From the NCBI GenBank assembly GCA_963579555.1, contig CAUZHA010000005.1:9938-73937 (forward strand): DNA of 64,000 nt. The letters are read 5' to 3'. Shown here piece after piece: positions 9,942-19,530 of this stretch (positions within the stretch are counted from its first letter, which is position 1; each line of letters opens with the position of its first letter). This DNA is from Planctomycetes bacterium UBA1146. GTDB taxonomy: Bacteria > Planctomycetota > UBA8108. Made by a program: the position numbers and the translations under genes. The notes beneath the pieces were generated by a model that was given only the letters and a program-made list of their open reading frames with translations, ran no database searches and was not told where the DNA came from.

Positions 9942-11402
9942 GTGACTATACCAGTCCTGGTTGTCGACGAAGATGAGCTCAACCGCGACATGCTGTCGCG
10001 CCGGCTCAAAAGGAAAGAGTACAGGGTGCTTGTCGCCAGCGATGGCTCGGAGGCCTTAGAGTCGGCCGGGCGCGAGCTGCTCGACCTGGTGATCCTCGAC
10101 ATCATGATGCCGGGAATGAGCGGACTCGAGGTTCTCAAGATCCTGAGGCAGACTCGCAGTGCCACCGAGTTGCCCGTCATCATGGCCTCGGCGAAGGGCG
10201 AGAGCCAGGACGTGGTCAACGCTCTCGAGCTTGGCGCCAACGACTACGCTACCAAGCCGCTTGATTTCCCCGTCCTGCTCGCCAGGCGCGAGGCGCAGCT
10301 TCGTCTGAAGGTTCCTTTCGGGTCTGAGAAGACCGCCGATTCCACTGGCGCTGACATGGGGACAATTCTGCTCCAGCCCGGGGCGGAGAAGCCGGATGAG
10401 GATGCGGCGCAGAAGCCCGGGTTGAACCTGGATAAGGCGCGCACCTCCAGCGAGGTGGGCGGTCCTGTGGCCGGTACGATTCTTGCCGAGAAATATCGCC
10501 TCGAGGAAGAAATCGGTTCCGGAAATTTCGGGACAGTCTACAAGGCGACCCACCTTGGGCTGAATCTGCATGTAGCCGTCAAGGTCCTGCAGACAAGTCT
10601 CGGGACAACGATGGAGGATCTCGCGCGCTTCCAGCGCGAGGGAATGTCGGCCTGCAGGGTCAAACATCCCAACGCCGTGTCGGTTCTTGATTTCGGTGTT
10701 ACGGCGACGGGGGTTTCCTATCTTGTGATGGAGCTGCTGGAGGGGCGCTCTCTCGCCGATGAGATCGAGGAGTCCGGCAAGCTATCGCCGCATCGGTGCA
10801 TGGATATCATCGAGCCGGTGTGCGCCGCCCTGGAGGAGGCTCACAGCGTTGGCCTGCTCCATCGCGATCTCAAGCCGGCCAATATCTTCCTGCACCATGA
10901 ACGGGGCAAGGAGGTCATCAAGGTGGTAGATTTCGGTACGGCGAAGTTCCGTGACGATGCCTCGGCCAATAACCTGACCCTGCAGGGGACGGTGATCGGC
11001 ACACCGGCCTACCTCGCCCCGGAGCGTCTTGCCAACCGGCCCTACGATGGCCGCTCGGATGTTTACAGCCTGGGGGTCATGCTGTACCAGATGCTCTGCG
11101 GGAAGGTTCCCTTTGAGGCTACGGATGGAAATCCGATGACGGTGGCCATGATGCACATGAACGATGCCGCGAAGAGTCTCGCTGGTGAGATCCCGGATGT
11201 CACCGAGGCGGTCGACGAGGTGGTCGCCATGGCGCTCGAGAAAGACCCCGGCAAGCGTCTTCTGCCCGGGGAGCTGGTGGAGCGGCTGAGGGCGGCCGTC
11301 GGTCCTGATCTCCGCCGGGAGAAGAAGAACCCAACCATGGATACCATGGTGCTCACGGATCTGCCCTTTCACGATGAGACCCAGGGGGGCACGGAAGCCT
11401 GA
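9942..11402 (+). CDS. Response-regulator receiver fused to a Hanks-type Ser/Thr kinase
   Basis: VLVVDED, LDIMMP, YATKP; GSGNFG, VAVK, HRDLKPAN, DFG, GTPAYLAPE. Confidence 0.92.
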   Translation: MTIPVLVVDEDELNRDMLSRRLKRKEYRVLVASDGSEALESAGRELLDLVILDIMMPGMSGLEVLKILRQTRSATELPVIMASAKGESQDVVNALELGANDYATKPLDFPVLLARREAQLRLKVPFGSEKTADSTGADMGTILLQPGAEKPDEDAAQKPGLNLDKARTSSEVGGPVAGTILAEKYRLEEEIGSGNFGTVYKATHLGLNLHVAVKVLQTSLGTTMEDLARFQREGMSACRVKHPNAVSVLDFGVTATGVSYLVMELLEGRSLADEIEESGKLSPHRCMDIIEPVCAALEEAHSVGLLHRDLKPANIFLHHERGKEVIKVVDFGTAKFRDDASANNLTLQGTVIGTPAYLAPERLANRPYDGRSDVYSLGVMLYQMLCGKVPFEATDGNPMTVAMMHMNDAAKSLAGEIPDVTEAVDEVVAMALEKDPGKRLLPGELVERLRAAVGPDLRREKKNPTMDTMVLTDLPFHDETQGGTEA

Positions 11403-11408
11403 GCCCGT

Positions 11409-14400
11409 TCAGGGCTGCTGGCGGGGGTGGGGGACGACCTCGGTGGAGAGTGCCCGCTGGCGGAGCTCGACCGGTACGGGACCGGTTTCCGGATGGGGGA
11501 ATTCTCCGATCAACTCGCCAGCCTCGTTGAGGAAGGCGGAGAGGTCGTGTACGACACCCTCGCCATCTTCGCTCAGGAACCTGCCATTGCCGAAGCCATA
11601 GGTCTCGCTGAGCCGGGACTGGTTGTCGGGACCGGCCCCGGGCTTGACCGGGTGGCAGGTGTCACAGTTCTGGGGAACCCTGCTGACAGTGTGATGGTGG
11701 AAGGGATTCCAGCCGAAGCCGGTCCTCCCGTCGGAGCTGGTTCTCACCCTGTCGCGGTATTGTTCCTGGCCCGCCGGGTTGATATAGCTCATGAAGATGC
11801 TCATCGAGCTGCAAAGAGGAGAGACCTTGCCTCGCTCGTTCATGCCGATGGCGAAGAAATCGAGGGAGTAATCATCTCTTGAGACGGCGATGGCTCCCTG
11901 GGAGTCCAGGCCAGTGGTCAGGTTGCGGGCGGTCCTGGAATCATCAACCGTAACGTGGCAGCCGAAGCAGGTCTGCCGCCAGGAGGTATGACAGGTATAG
12001 CACTCGAGACGATCGGTATGGGAGAATCCGTTCTCGTCCACGCCCATCGCCTCGTGCATGGCATCGTTGACCCCGCTCTGGAGAATGGTGTAGATCTGTG
12101 GGACGTTGAGCTCCTGGTCGCTGTTGGCAAGGCCCAGGCGCATGCGCCCGTCGGCATCACGTCGCAGGCGTCTGAGCCTGGAGCCGGCCGAGTTGACGAA
12201 GTGGCCTTCGGCTGTTTCGGTGACGGCCTCCCTCACCGTGCCGTGGCAATCTTCACAACGGATTCCGACCTGGTAGCGTTCCGAGCCGTAGATGTTTCCA
12301 TCTCCGTGAACATCGGAGCCGACATGGCAGTCGATGCAGGCCATGCCGGCGGTCGCATGGAGATCAGGCGGAGTTTCGTCGTGGTCATTCGTGCTGTCCT
12401 CGTCGGTGAAATAATAGTCGATGCCATGGGCGTGCATTTCCCGGCCGAGGGTTACCCCGTTGGGCGGAGTCTTGTCTTCGGAGAAGCCCCCTTCGCGAAT
12501 GCCCTGGTAGGCCAGGCCGATTCTTCCTCCCTGGAAATGGCAGCGGGAGCATTGCTCGGTGGTGATCTTGCTGGTCAGGGTGTGGCGGCGCGGATGGGGT
12601 GGGAAATCCTTGGAGATGACCGGGTCCGTCGAGGCCGAGATGCCATCGTCTGAATAGAGCATATGGCAGGCTGTACAGCCCGAAGAACGGTAGTTGCCCG
12701 CCGCGTCATTGGGGCCGAAATCGTTCAGGTGGCAGGTTGGGCATGATTTCGGCAGGTAGACGTCGATGCAGGCCCCGATCGAGCCTCGCTCGATCGCCGG
12801 ATCCGGCTCCCTGAGAGCGAGGAGCTGTCCAACGGCTCCAGGGGGGGCGGTGGCTGGGTTGAAGCTCTCGTTCACGACATCGACCGCGGCATGGGTGTGG
12901 GCCCTGTCCTGGGTGCCGGCGAGGAAGCGCGGCAGCGTGTAGTGGCCGGCGTAGGTCGCCATGACAGAAAACTTGACCTTTTCGACGGTCTCCTGGTGGC
13001 AGCCGCTGCCGTTGCTGGCGGGGCTGCTTCCGCCGCAGCCCTGGTGAGCGACACGGAGGTCGCCGGGGTTGATGAAGCGAAGGTAGCCTTTGTCTGCAAG
13101 GTCCAGGGCATCGGTGGAGAGACGGCGCAGGAGGGAGGGGCCGCCGGCCGGGGCTACGTGCGCATCCTGGCGGGTAAAGGCCGTAGGGTCGCCTCCATGG
13201 CAGTCCGTGCAGGTGAGTGCGGCCCAGGGGTGTGCGTCTTCGATCCCGTGGCGGACTCCGGTCTGGTCGAGGGGGAGATGGCAGCCTACGCAGCCGATCT
13301 CTCCGGCAGGGATGTCCACGGTGTCGGGCTCGGGGAGATCGTCAGGGGCTCCGATGGTCAGCACCAGCCGCAGCGTGCGCTCGAGGACCAGCCCGCTCCC
13401 GTCCGTCAACTGGGCCCAGAGCTCGGCCTGTGTTCCATCGAGGACGAAGAGGTCCTGGGCATTGGAGACATCGAAAACGAGCCCGAGCTTGTGGGCGAAA
13501 CCATCAGAGCGCTCGGTCATCTCAAACACCCTGGCTAGATCGAAGAGGGTCTCAGTGGCTGTCTTCAGCTGGAACCGGACCCTGACGGTTTCCTCGCTGT
13601 TGATGCATCTCGCCTCGACATTGAGCCGGATGTTGGCTCCTCCCTGGCCGAAGAGAACGACCGGGAGAAGGTCGCAGTGACTCATTCGGCCAAAGCCCTG
13701 CAGGTTCCGGCCGAGATAGAGCACTCGTCCCTCGGGGCAATCCGCTACCGGTTCCGCCACGCGGTTTTCCGGCGGACCCTCGCAGCAATCCACCTCGATC
13801 GGCAGCGGGTTCATCGAGCAGCCGGTCGCCGGGTCGCAGTCATTGAGGGCGCAGGGAGAGTCCGGGCAGACCTGGAAGATGAGCAGGCTCTCCGTTGTCA
13901 GCGGCGGCAGGCTGTCGTCCGTGACGCTGAAGGGTATGTAGGTCGGGCCGGCCTGTTCCGGCGCAGGGGTCCATTCAAACAGCCCGGTGGCGGAGGCGAA
14001 TGTCGCTCCTGCGGGAAGCTTGGATGCGGAATACTCGAGGCCATGGCCATCCGGGTCGGTCGCGCCGATGAGAAAGCTGATGGGTCGGCCCGTGTAGGTT
14101 CTGTAGACCGACCGGGTCGGTATGCTCGGGGGTTGGTTGACGGGGGAGCCAGCCTCGAGGCAGATGATGAGTCCCTCAGCCCGGGTGCTTGCGGCAGGTT
14201 TTCCATCATCGCTTACCTCGATGATCAAGGGGTGCTCCCCCGCCTGTCCCTGGGCCGGGGTCCACTCGAAGCTTCCCGATGCGGGGTCGATGGATGCTCC
14301 CGCCGGCGCCTCGATGAGCTCGAAGGCGATGTTGTCGTTCTCCGCGTCTGTCGCCGCGAGCTCGAACGCCAGCCTGACACCTTCACGCGAATAGATGGTC

Positions 14401-15350
14401 CCCGGCTCTTCCACGTTCGGAGGCAGGTTTCCCTGGAGAACCCGGATAAGTCCGTTGGAGATGGTCGAAAGCGGCGGCTGGCCGTTGTCGCTGGCTCGGA
14501 GCTCGATCCGGTGGTCACCTTCCTGGCCGAAGGAAGGGGTCCAGGAGACACTGCCGCTTGCCGGGTCGATGGTGAGACCTTTCGGTCCAGTTTCAACTGA
14601 GTAGGTGATGTCGTCGTTGTCCGGGTCCGCCGCGCTGAGCTGGAAGCTGACCTCGGCGCCTTCCCGGGCGATAATGGTTCCGATCGGCTCGATGGCCGGG
14701 GGACGGTTGATCCCCGCGCATTTTTCCAACTCGGCAGGGCTCAGCGGGGGAGGGGGAGGGCCCCCGAGGAAAAGGAAGTCCAGCAGGTAGATGGCATCGG
14801 TGATGTCCAGGCCGTCTCTTGAGTTGACGTCGGCTACCGGTTCACAGAAAGAATCGGCTCCCCCGAGGAAGAGAAAACGGAGGATGATGATCGCGTCGGT
14901 CAGGGCGATTCCTCCATCCCGGTCGAGGTCGCCGCGCAGGTCGTTGGCGATGGATTCCACCGCTCCTTCATCGATCCAGCGGGCGATCAAATCAATATCT
15001 TCCGGGCTGAGCGGATCCGCCAGCCTTGGCATTCGGGCGCCGAATTCAGGTTCCTCCTGCGCTATCTTGAGCCACAGGGGGCTGGCCTGGGAGTCTCCAG
15101 GAACGATGGTTGCCCCATCGTACTGGAAACCGAAGCTGGCCAGGGCGGCATCGTAGCTGGAGAGATCGATGCCGCTGCTGTCCATCCCTATATGACAGAA
15201 GCCGCCCTCGCAGGAGCGGGTGAAGATCGGCTGGATCTGGCTGCTGTAGTCTACCTGTGCCCGGGCGATGGAGCAGACGCAGAGGTGCAACATCACGGCC
15301 GTGATGAGCGGAATCTTGCAGCGGATATTATCAATCAGCAGGTTGTACAT
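11409..15350 (-). CDS. Secreted multiheme cytochrome c: PSCyt1-like heme domain, dockerin, 3 Ig (He_PIG-like) repeats, C-terminal multiheme domain
   Basis: 10 CxxCH plus CX4CH and CX11CH; RGDLDRDG..DVNSRDGLDITD dockerin; three N.PP...A.D.....F/V.WTP repeats. Confidence 0.85.
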   Translation of the reverse strand: MYNLLIDNIRCKIPLITAVMLHLCVCSIARAQVDYSSQIQPIFTRSCEGGFCHIGMDSSGIDLSSYDAALASFGFQYDGATIVPGDSQASPLWLKIAQEEPEFGARMPRLADPLSPEDIDLIARWIDEGAVESIANDLRGDLDRDGGIALTDAIIILRFLFLGGADSFCEPVADVNSRDGLDITDAIYLLDFLFLGGPPPPPLSPAELEKCAGINRPPAIEPIGTIIAREGAEVSFQLSAADPDNDDITYSVETGPKGLTIDPASGSVSWTPSFGQEGDHRIELRASDNGQPPLSTISNGLIRVLQGNLPPNVEEPGTIYSREGVRLAFELAATDAENDNIAFELIEAPAGASIDPASGSFEWTPAQGQAGEHPLIIEVSDDGKPAASTRAEGLIICLEAGSPVNQPPSIPTRSVYRTYTGRPISFLIGATDPDGHGLEYSASKLPAGATFASATGLFEWTPAPEQAGPTYIPFSVTDDSLPPLTTESLLIFQVCPDSPCALNDCDPATGCSMNPLPIEVDCCEGPPENRVAEPVADCPEGRVLYLGRNLQGFGRMSHCDLLPVVLFGQGGANIRLNVEARCINSEETVRVRFQLKTATETLFDLARVFEMTERSDGFAHKLGLVFDVSNAQDLFVLDGTQAELWAQLTDGSGLVLERTLRLVLTIGAPDDLPEPDTVDIPAGEIGCVGCHLPLDQTGVRHGIEDAHPWAALTCTDCHGGDPTAFTRQDAHVAPAGGPSLLRRLSTDALDLADKGYLRFINPGDLRVAHQGCGGSSPASNGSGCHQETVEKVKFSVMATYAGHYTLPRFLAGTQDRAHTHAAVDVVNESFNPATAPPGAVGQLLALREPDPAIERGSIGACIDVYLPKSCPTCHLNDFGPNDAAGNYRSSGCTACHMLYSDDGISASTDPVISKDFPPHPRRHTLTSKITTEQCSRCHFQGGRIGLAYQGIREGGFSEDKTPPNGVTLGREMHAHGIDYYFTDEDSTNDHDETPPDLHATAGMACIDCHVGSDVHGDGNIYGSERYQVGIRCEDCHGTVREAVTETAEGHFVNSAGSRLRRLRRDADGRMRLGLANSDQELNVPQIYTILQSGVNDAMHEAMGVDENGFSHTDRLECYTCHTSWRQTCFGCHVTVDDSRTARNLTTGLDSQGAIAVSRDDYSLDFFAIGMNERGKVSPLCSSMSIFMSYINPAGQEQYRDRVRTSSDGRTGFGWNPFHHHTVSRVPQNCDTCHPVKPGAGPDNQSRLSETYGFGNGRFLSEDGEGVVHDLSAFLNEAGELIGEFPHPETGPVPVELRQRALSTEVVPHPRQQP

Positions 15351-15689
15351 AACTGTCGGGGGCCCACAACCTAGTAGATGGAAGTTAAGAGAAGGACTGT
15401 CAATTGTAAAGCCCAGAGATCGAGTGGCATAGCCGGCCTGGGAACTTCTTCTTCCGGTTTGCGTGAGTCATTAATATATATAGGTTTACAACAACTCTTC
15501 TAGAGCTTTTTGTGGACTAATCAGGGGCCGGCGGGATTGAAAAAAGAGGCCTGTTTTCAGGTCGCTTTCAGACGGGGAAAGACACAGGTTGTATCGGGTT
15601 GTTCAGCTTCTCACGGACATTAGGGTACAATCGCTGGTTGACAGCCGCGGAGGTTGAATTTTTTGTGGCCGAGTTTTTTGAGATGTGAA

Positions 15690-16577
15690 ATGGGACCCCT
15701 GAAGCTGAGAATTCTGGCCCTGGCCTCGATCGTCTGGATGGGGGGCCCACTTCCAGGCCAGGAGGAGGATTGCCGCGCTTCGGGAATTCTGAGCCTCGAT
15801 GCTTCGCCGCCACCGCTACCCGGGCGCGAGTATCACATCGAGTCGGGAGAGATTTTTCACTTTACCCTGGAGGCCCGCCTGGAAACGCATTTTGAGGGGG
15901 ACTGGGGTGTCCAGGGGTTCTCCCTGTCTGTGGCTCACGATGCCGATGTGCTGGAGATTACAGGCGCCACCCAGGAGGGAACGGATGCCGATGAGGTGTT
16001 TCTCCCCTTCGGTTTTGAGCGTATCGAAACAGTGGATAATGAGACCGGTGAAGGTTTCGTCTGCGCCGTCGTGCTCAGCCTGGTGCAGCCGGTTACGCTT
16101 CCTCCCGAGGGGTTTTTTTCCCTGGCCCGGGCCAGCTACCGGGCGCTGGTGCTGCCGGAAGATTCGGCGGGGGTCTCGACCACGGTCGAATACAGGGATG
16201 GCCTGCGAGGTTCGGCCCAGCCGGTGAGGAACAGGGTGACCTGGAATGGCAGGTCGATTACGCCCTGTGTCGTGCCCTTTTCCATCCGGTTGACATTTCC
16301 GCCGCCGGGGGTTTTTCTTCGTGGAGATTTCGATGGGGGCGGCTCTGTCGACCTGTCTGATGCCGTCGCCGTCATCGGCCATCTCTTCCTCGCCGGGCGT
16401 CCTCCCGGTTGCTTTGATGCCGCGGATGCGAATGACGATGGACGGCTCGATATCGCCGATCCGATCTTCGGTCTCGATTTTCTTTTCAGGGGAGGGACTC
16501 CACCTCCGCCGCCATTTCCTCGGCCCGGCCCTGATCCGACCGAAGATGGACACTCCTGCGCTTCCCGTCCCGGCTGA
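15690..16577 (+). CDS. Secreted cohesin-like domain + dockerin protein (adaptor)
   Basis: VQGFSLSVAHD..GFE..AVVLS..PVTL..DGLRGSAQPV.N shared with the 37808 repeats; FLRGDFD..DANDDG dockerin. Confidence 0.75.
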   Translation: MGPLKLRILALASIVWMGGPLPGQEEDCRASGILSLDASPPPLPGREYHIESGEIFHFTLEARLETHFEGDWGVQGFSLSVAHDADVLEITGATQEGTDADEVFLPFGFERIETVDNETGEGFVCAVVLSLVQPVTLPPEGFFSLARASYRALVLPEDSAGVSTTVEYRDGLRGSAQPVRNRVTWNGRSITPCVVPFSIRLTFPPPGVFLRGDFDGGGSVDLSDAVAVIGHLFLAGRPPGCFDAADANDDGRLDIADPIFGLDFLFRGGTPPPPPFPRPGPDPTEDGHSCASRPG

Positions 16578-16586
16578 AGATTTCAG

Positions 16587-17423
16587 CTATAGCAGGGCCA
16601 GGATCCGTGAGTGGCCTCCTGTGGCGCCCTCGATTTTCGGGGCTCCGCAAACGAGGGTGGCTCCCGTTGGGGGCAGGTCGGCCAGGTTGGCCAGATTCTC
16701 GATTCCCCAGCGACCGGCGCCCAACCAGGCTGTATGGACCGGAAAGTTCTTCGTCGGACCGTAGTCGAGGCTGGCGGTGTCGACCGCCATCGAGAGCACC
16801 CTGCGTTCCTCGAGCATGAAAATAGCTGCGTCGGTATGGAAACCCGGGAAGTGGCGGACACCCTTGTCGTCAAAATTGATGAAGCCGGGCTTCTCGACCC
16901 TGGTGTCCCAGCCGCTGAGCATCGCCACGCAGCAGCGCTCAGGGAGCGGGCCGTGCGTCTCTTCCCATGCCTTGAGATCCTCGATGGTCACCTGGGCATC
17001 TTCATTCTCCTCGGCTTTTTCCCTGATGTCGATGATGGCGAGGGGCAGCACAAGGTCCCGGGCGGGAATCCTGTCGGCGGTCAGGCCGTTCGGGTTGCGG
17101 TGGAAGGGGGAGTCAATGTGGGTTCCGGCATGCTCGTCGAGGGTCCAGCGGGTTACATTCCAGCCATCTCCATTCGCTGTAGAGGAGACGGTCTCGAGCT
17201 CGACCTTGGCGGTGCCTCCGGCCCAATGAGTAAAGCGGTTAGAGTAGGTATGGGTCAGGTCAACGACTCGGCTGAAGGCAGCGAATCCGGGCTTCGCCGG
17301 CGTTCCGCCCTCTCCCCTGCGCACGGGCTCCAGGGGACTGCAGGAGCTCAGGGAAAGGGTCGCTCCACCGAGTCCTGTACGCAAAAAGTTACGCCGGCCG
17401 AGATTGCCGACCACTATATCCAT
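16587..17423 (-). CDS. Cyclase family (kynurenine formamidase-like) metal hydrolase, Tat-exported
   Basis: GRRNFL twin-Arg; DLTH, EHAGTHIDSPFH, VDTASLD, IENLANL. Confidence 0.88.
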   Translation of the reverse strand: MDIVVGNLGRRNFLRTGLGGATLSLSSCSPLEPVRRGEGGTPAKPGFAAFSRVVDLTHTYSNRFTHWAGGTAKVELETVSSTANGDGWNVTRWTLDEHAGTHIDSPFHRNPNGLTADRIPARDLVLPLAIIDIREKAEENEDAQVTIEDLKAWEETHGPLPERCCVAMLSGWDTRVEKPGFINFDDKGVRHFPGFHTDAAIFMLEERRVLSMAVDTASLDYGPTKNFPVHTAWLGAGRWGIENLANLADLPPTGATLVCGAPKIEGATGGHSRILALL

Positions 17424-17637
17424 ACATCCTGCTATGCACATCCTGTCACCTCACAGCTTGTTTCGGGAGACTTTCTACGTTTCCTGCCGGAGCTACAGGA
17501 TGCTGCATTCCGCCCGTGGCCTTTGCAAGGATGCTTTTTGTCCGCTGGCGAGCCGGGTCTTCCTGCTTGCCAGCGGCGGCGGGTGGTTGTTCAATCAGGA
17601 ACAGCCAGGGATAGTCCCGGTGCGATGGGAGACGGTG

Positions 17638-19083
17638 ATGCCAGACGACCTGCACATGGACTCTGAACAATTTCGTGAGTTCGGGCGGAAGCTCCTCGAT
17701 TTCATCGCCGACTACAGGGAGAAGATCGAGACTTTTCCCGTCCTTTCGCAGGTCAAGCCCGGCGAGATCGCTGCCGGCCTTCCCCTGGAACCTCCTGTGG
17801 AGGGCGATTCACTAGACAGCATCCTCCAGGATATCGACCGCCTTGTGATGCCGGGCCTTACCCACTGGCAGTCTCCCGGTTTCTTCGGCTATTACCCAGC
17901 CAACAGCTCACTGCCGTCTGTGCTCGCGGAGCTGCTCTGCGCGGGGCTGGGTGTGCAGGGCATGTCCTGGGTGACGAGTCCTGCCTGTACGGAGCTGGAG
18001 ACTCGAGTTCTCGACTGGCTGGCAGGTATTCTCGGCCTTCCAGGGTCTTTTTCCTCTTCCTCCTCCGGTGGTGGAGGGGTGATCCATGGTACGGCGAGCG
18101 AAGCCGTCCTGGCCGTAATGGTCGCCGGGCGGGAACGCACCAGGTTTACGGGCGAGACGGATGGCAAGGAGCTCAGAGCCTATTGTTCCAACCAGGCGCA
18201 TTCATCCGTTCTCAAGGCCGCCTCCATCTGTGGTATCGGTTCACAGAACCTGGTCCAGGTCGGTGTGCGGGATGATCTCTCGATTGATTCGGCAATGCTC
18301 GAGGCTGCGATCGAGAGCGATCTTGCCGCCGGCCGGGTTCCGTTCTTTATCTGCGCCACGGTAGGTACGACCTCGACCTGCGCCATGGATTCGGTGGCTG
18401 AGTTGGGCAGGATCGCGAGAAAGTACGAGCTCTGGCTGCATGTTGACGCAGCCTACGCGGGCAATGCCTGCATCTGCCCCGAGTTTCGCACGATGATTGA
18501 AGGGGTCGAGCTAGCGGATTCCTTCAATTGCAATCCTCACAAGTGGCTGCTGACGACATTCGACTGCTCGACTCTCTGGGTCCGTGACAGGGAGAGCTTC
18601 ACGCGGGCCTTGTCGGTTACCCCTGAATATCTGCGTACCAGCCAGGGTGATTCCGGAGCAGTGATAGACTACCGTGACTGGCAGATTCCCCTCGGGAGGA
18701 GGTTCCGTTCACTGAAGCTCTGGTTTGTCCTGCGTTGGTACGGAGTGGAGGGCCTGCGCACCTTTATCCGTGAGCAGGTACGGCTGGCCGAGCTCTTCGA
18801 GGAGCTGGTCTGCGGGGATCAGAATTTTGAGATCTGCGCTCCCAGGCGTCTCGGGCTGGTGTGTTTTCGCTTTCGCGGGAGCGATGATGAAAATCGCGAA
18901 TTGCTGGATGCGATCAACTCCGGCGGCGAGATTTTTCTCACGCATGCCGTGATACCGGCGGCGGGGGCTGGACGCTATGTCCTGCGCTTCGCCACCGGAA
19001 CGATCTCGACGAAAGAGAAGCACGTTCTGCGGGCCTGGGCGATCATTCAGTCCCTGGCCCCTCCCGCGACGAGCCCCGGGTGA
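17638..19083 (+). CDS. PLP-dependent aromatic L-amino-acid decarboxylase (group II)
   Basis: PGLTHWQSP, SPACTELE, HVDAAYAG, NPHKW (PLP Lys), DWQIPLGRRFRSLKLW. Confidence 0.92.
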   Translation: MPDDLHMDSEQFREFGRKLLDFIADYREKIETFPVLSQVKPGEIAAGLPLEPPVEGDSLDSILQDIDRLVMPGLTHWQSPGFFGYYPANSSLPSVLAELLCAGLGVQGMSWVTSPACTELETRVLDWLAGILGLPGSFSSSSSGGGGVIHGTASEAVLAVMVAGRERTRFTGETDGKELRAYCSNQAHSSVLKAASICGIGSQNLVQVGVRDDLSIDSAMLEAAIESDLAAGRVPFFICATVGTTSTCAMDSVAELGRIARKYELWLHVDAAYAGNACICPEFRTMIEGVELADSFNCNPHKWLLTTFDCSTLWVRDRESFTRALSVTPEYLRTSQGDSGAVIDYRDWQIPLGRRFRSLKLWFVLRWYGVEGLRTFIREQVRLAELFEELVCGDQNFEICAPRRLGLVCFRFRGSDDENRELLDAINSGGEIFLTHAVIPAAGAGRYVLRFATGTISTKEKHVLRAWAIIQSLAPPATSPG

Positions 19084-19530
19084 ATTTGAAACTGAACTTG
19101 CCGTTCTGAAATACTACCCGTAGCATCGATTTCAGCAGGTTGGCCCGGGTCGATGGGGAATCACGGGTGACCTTGCAGTCGGTGGGGGATCCCTGGGGGT
19201 CTTTCACCGAGGGGCGGGGGCAGCTTCAGGTCTCTCGCCGTTTATGGTCTCGTTGGCAGATTGGGGCATTGGGGATTAGTGAGAGCTGAAGAGTATCTCG
19301 AGCATGCGATGATGGCTCCGAGGTTCGTTTCCAGCCAGCCCCGGTCTTTACCGCAGCTTGAGCAGGAGGAGGTCATCGTTTCCGGGGGGGGATGGGGTTT
19401 TCCTCCCGGGTGAGTAGCGGGAGCGATGTGGCTTCCGTTGTTTTGGTACGCGGCCACCTGACGGTGGTCGGGGCCGCGGATCGAGAAGGTATCGGACCAC
19501 CATTTCGAGAATGATGGGGAGTTCTGGAAC

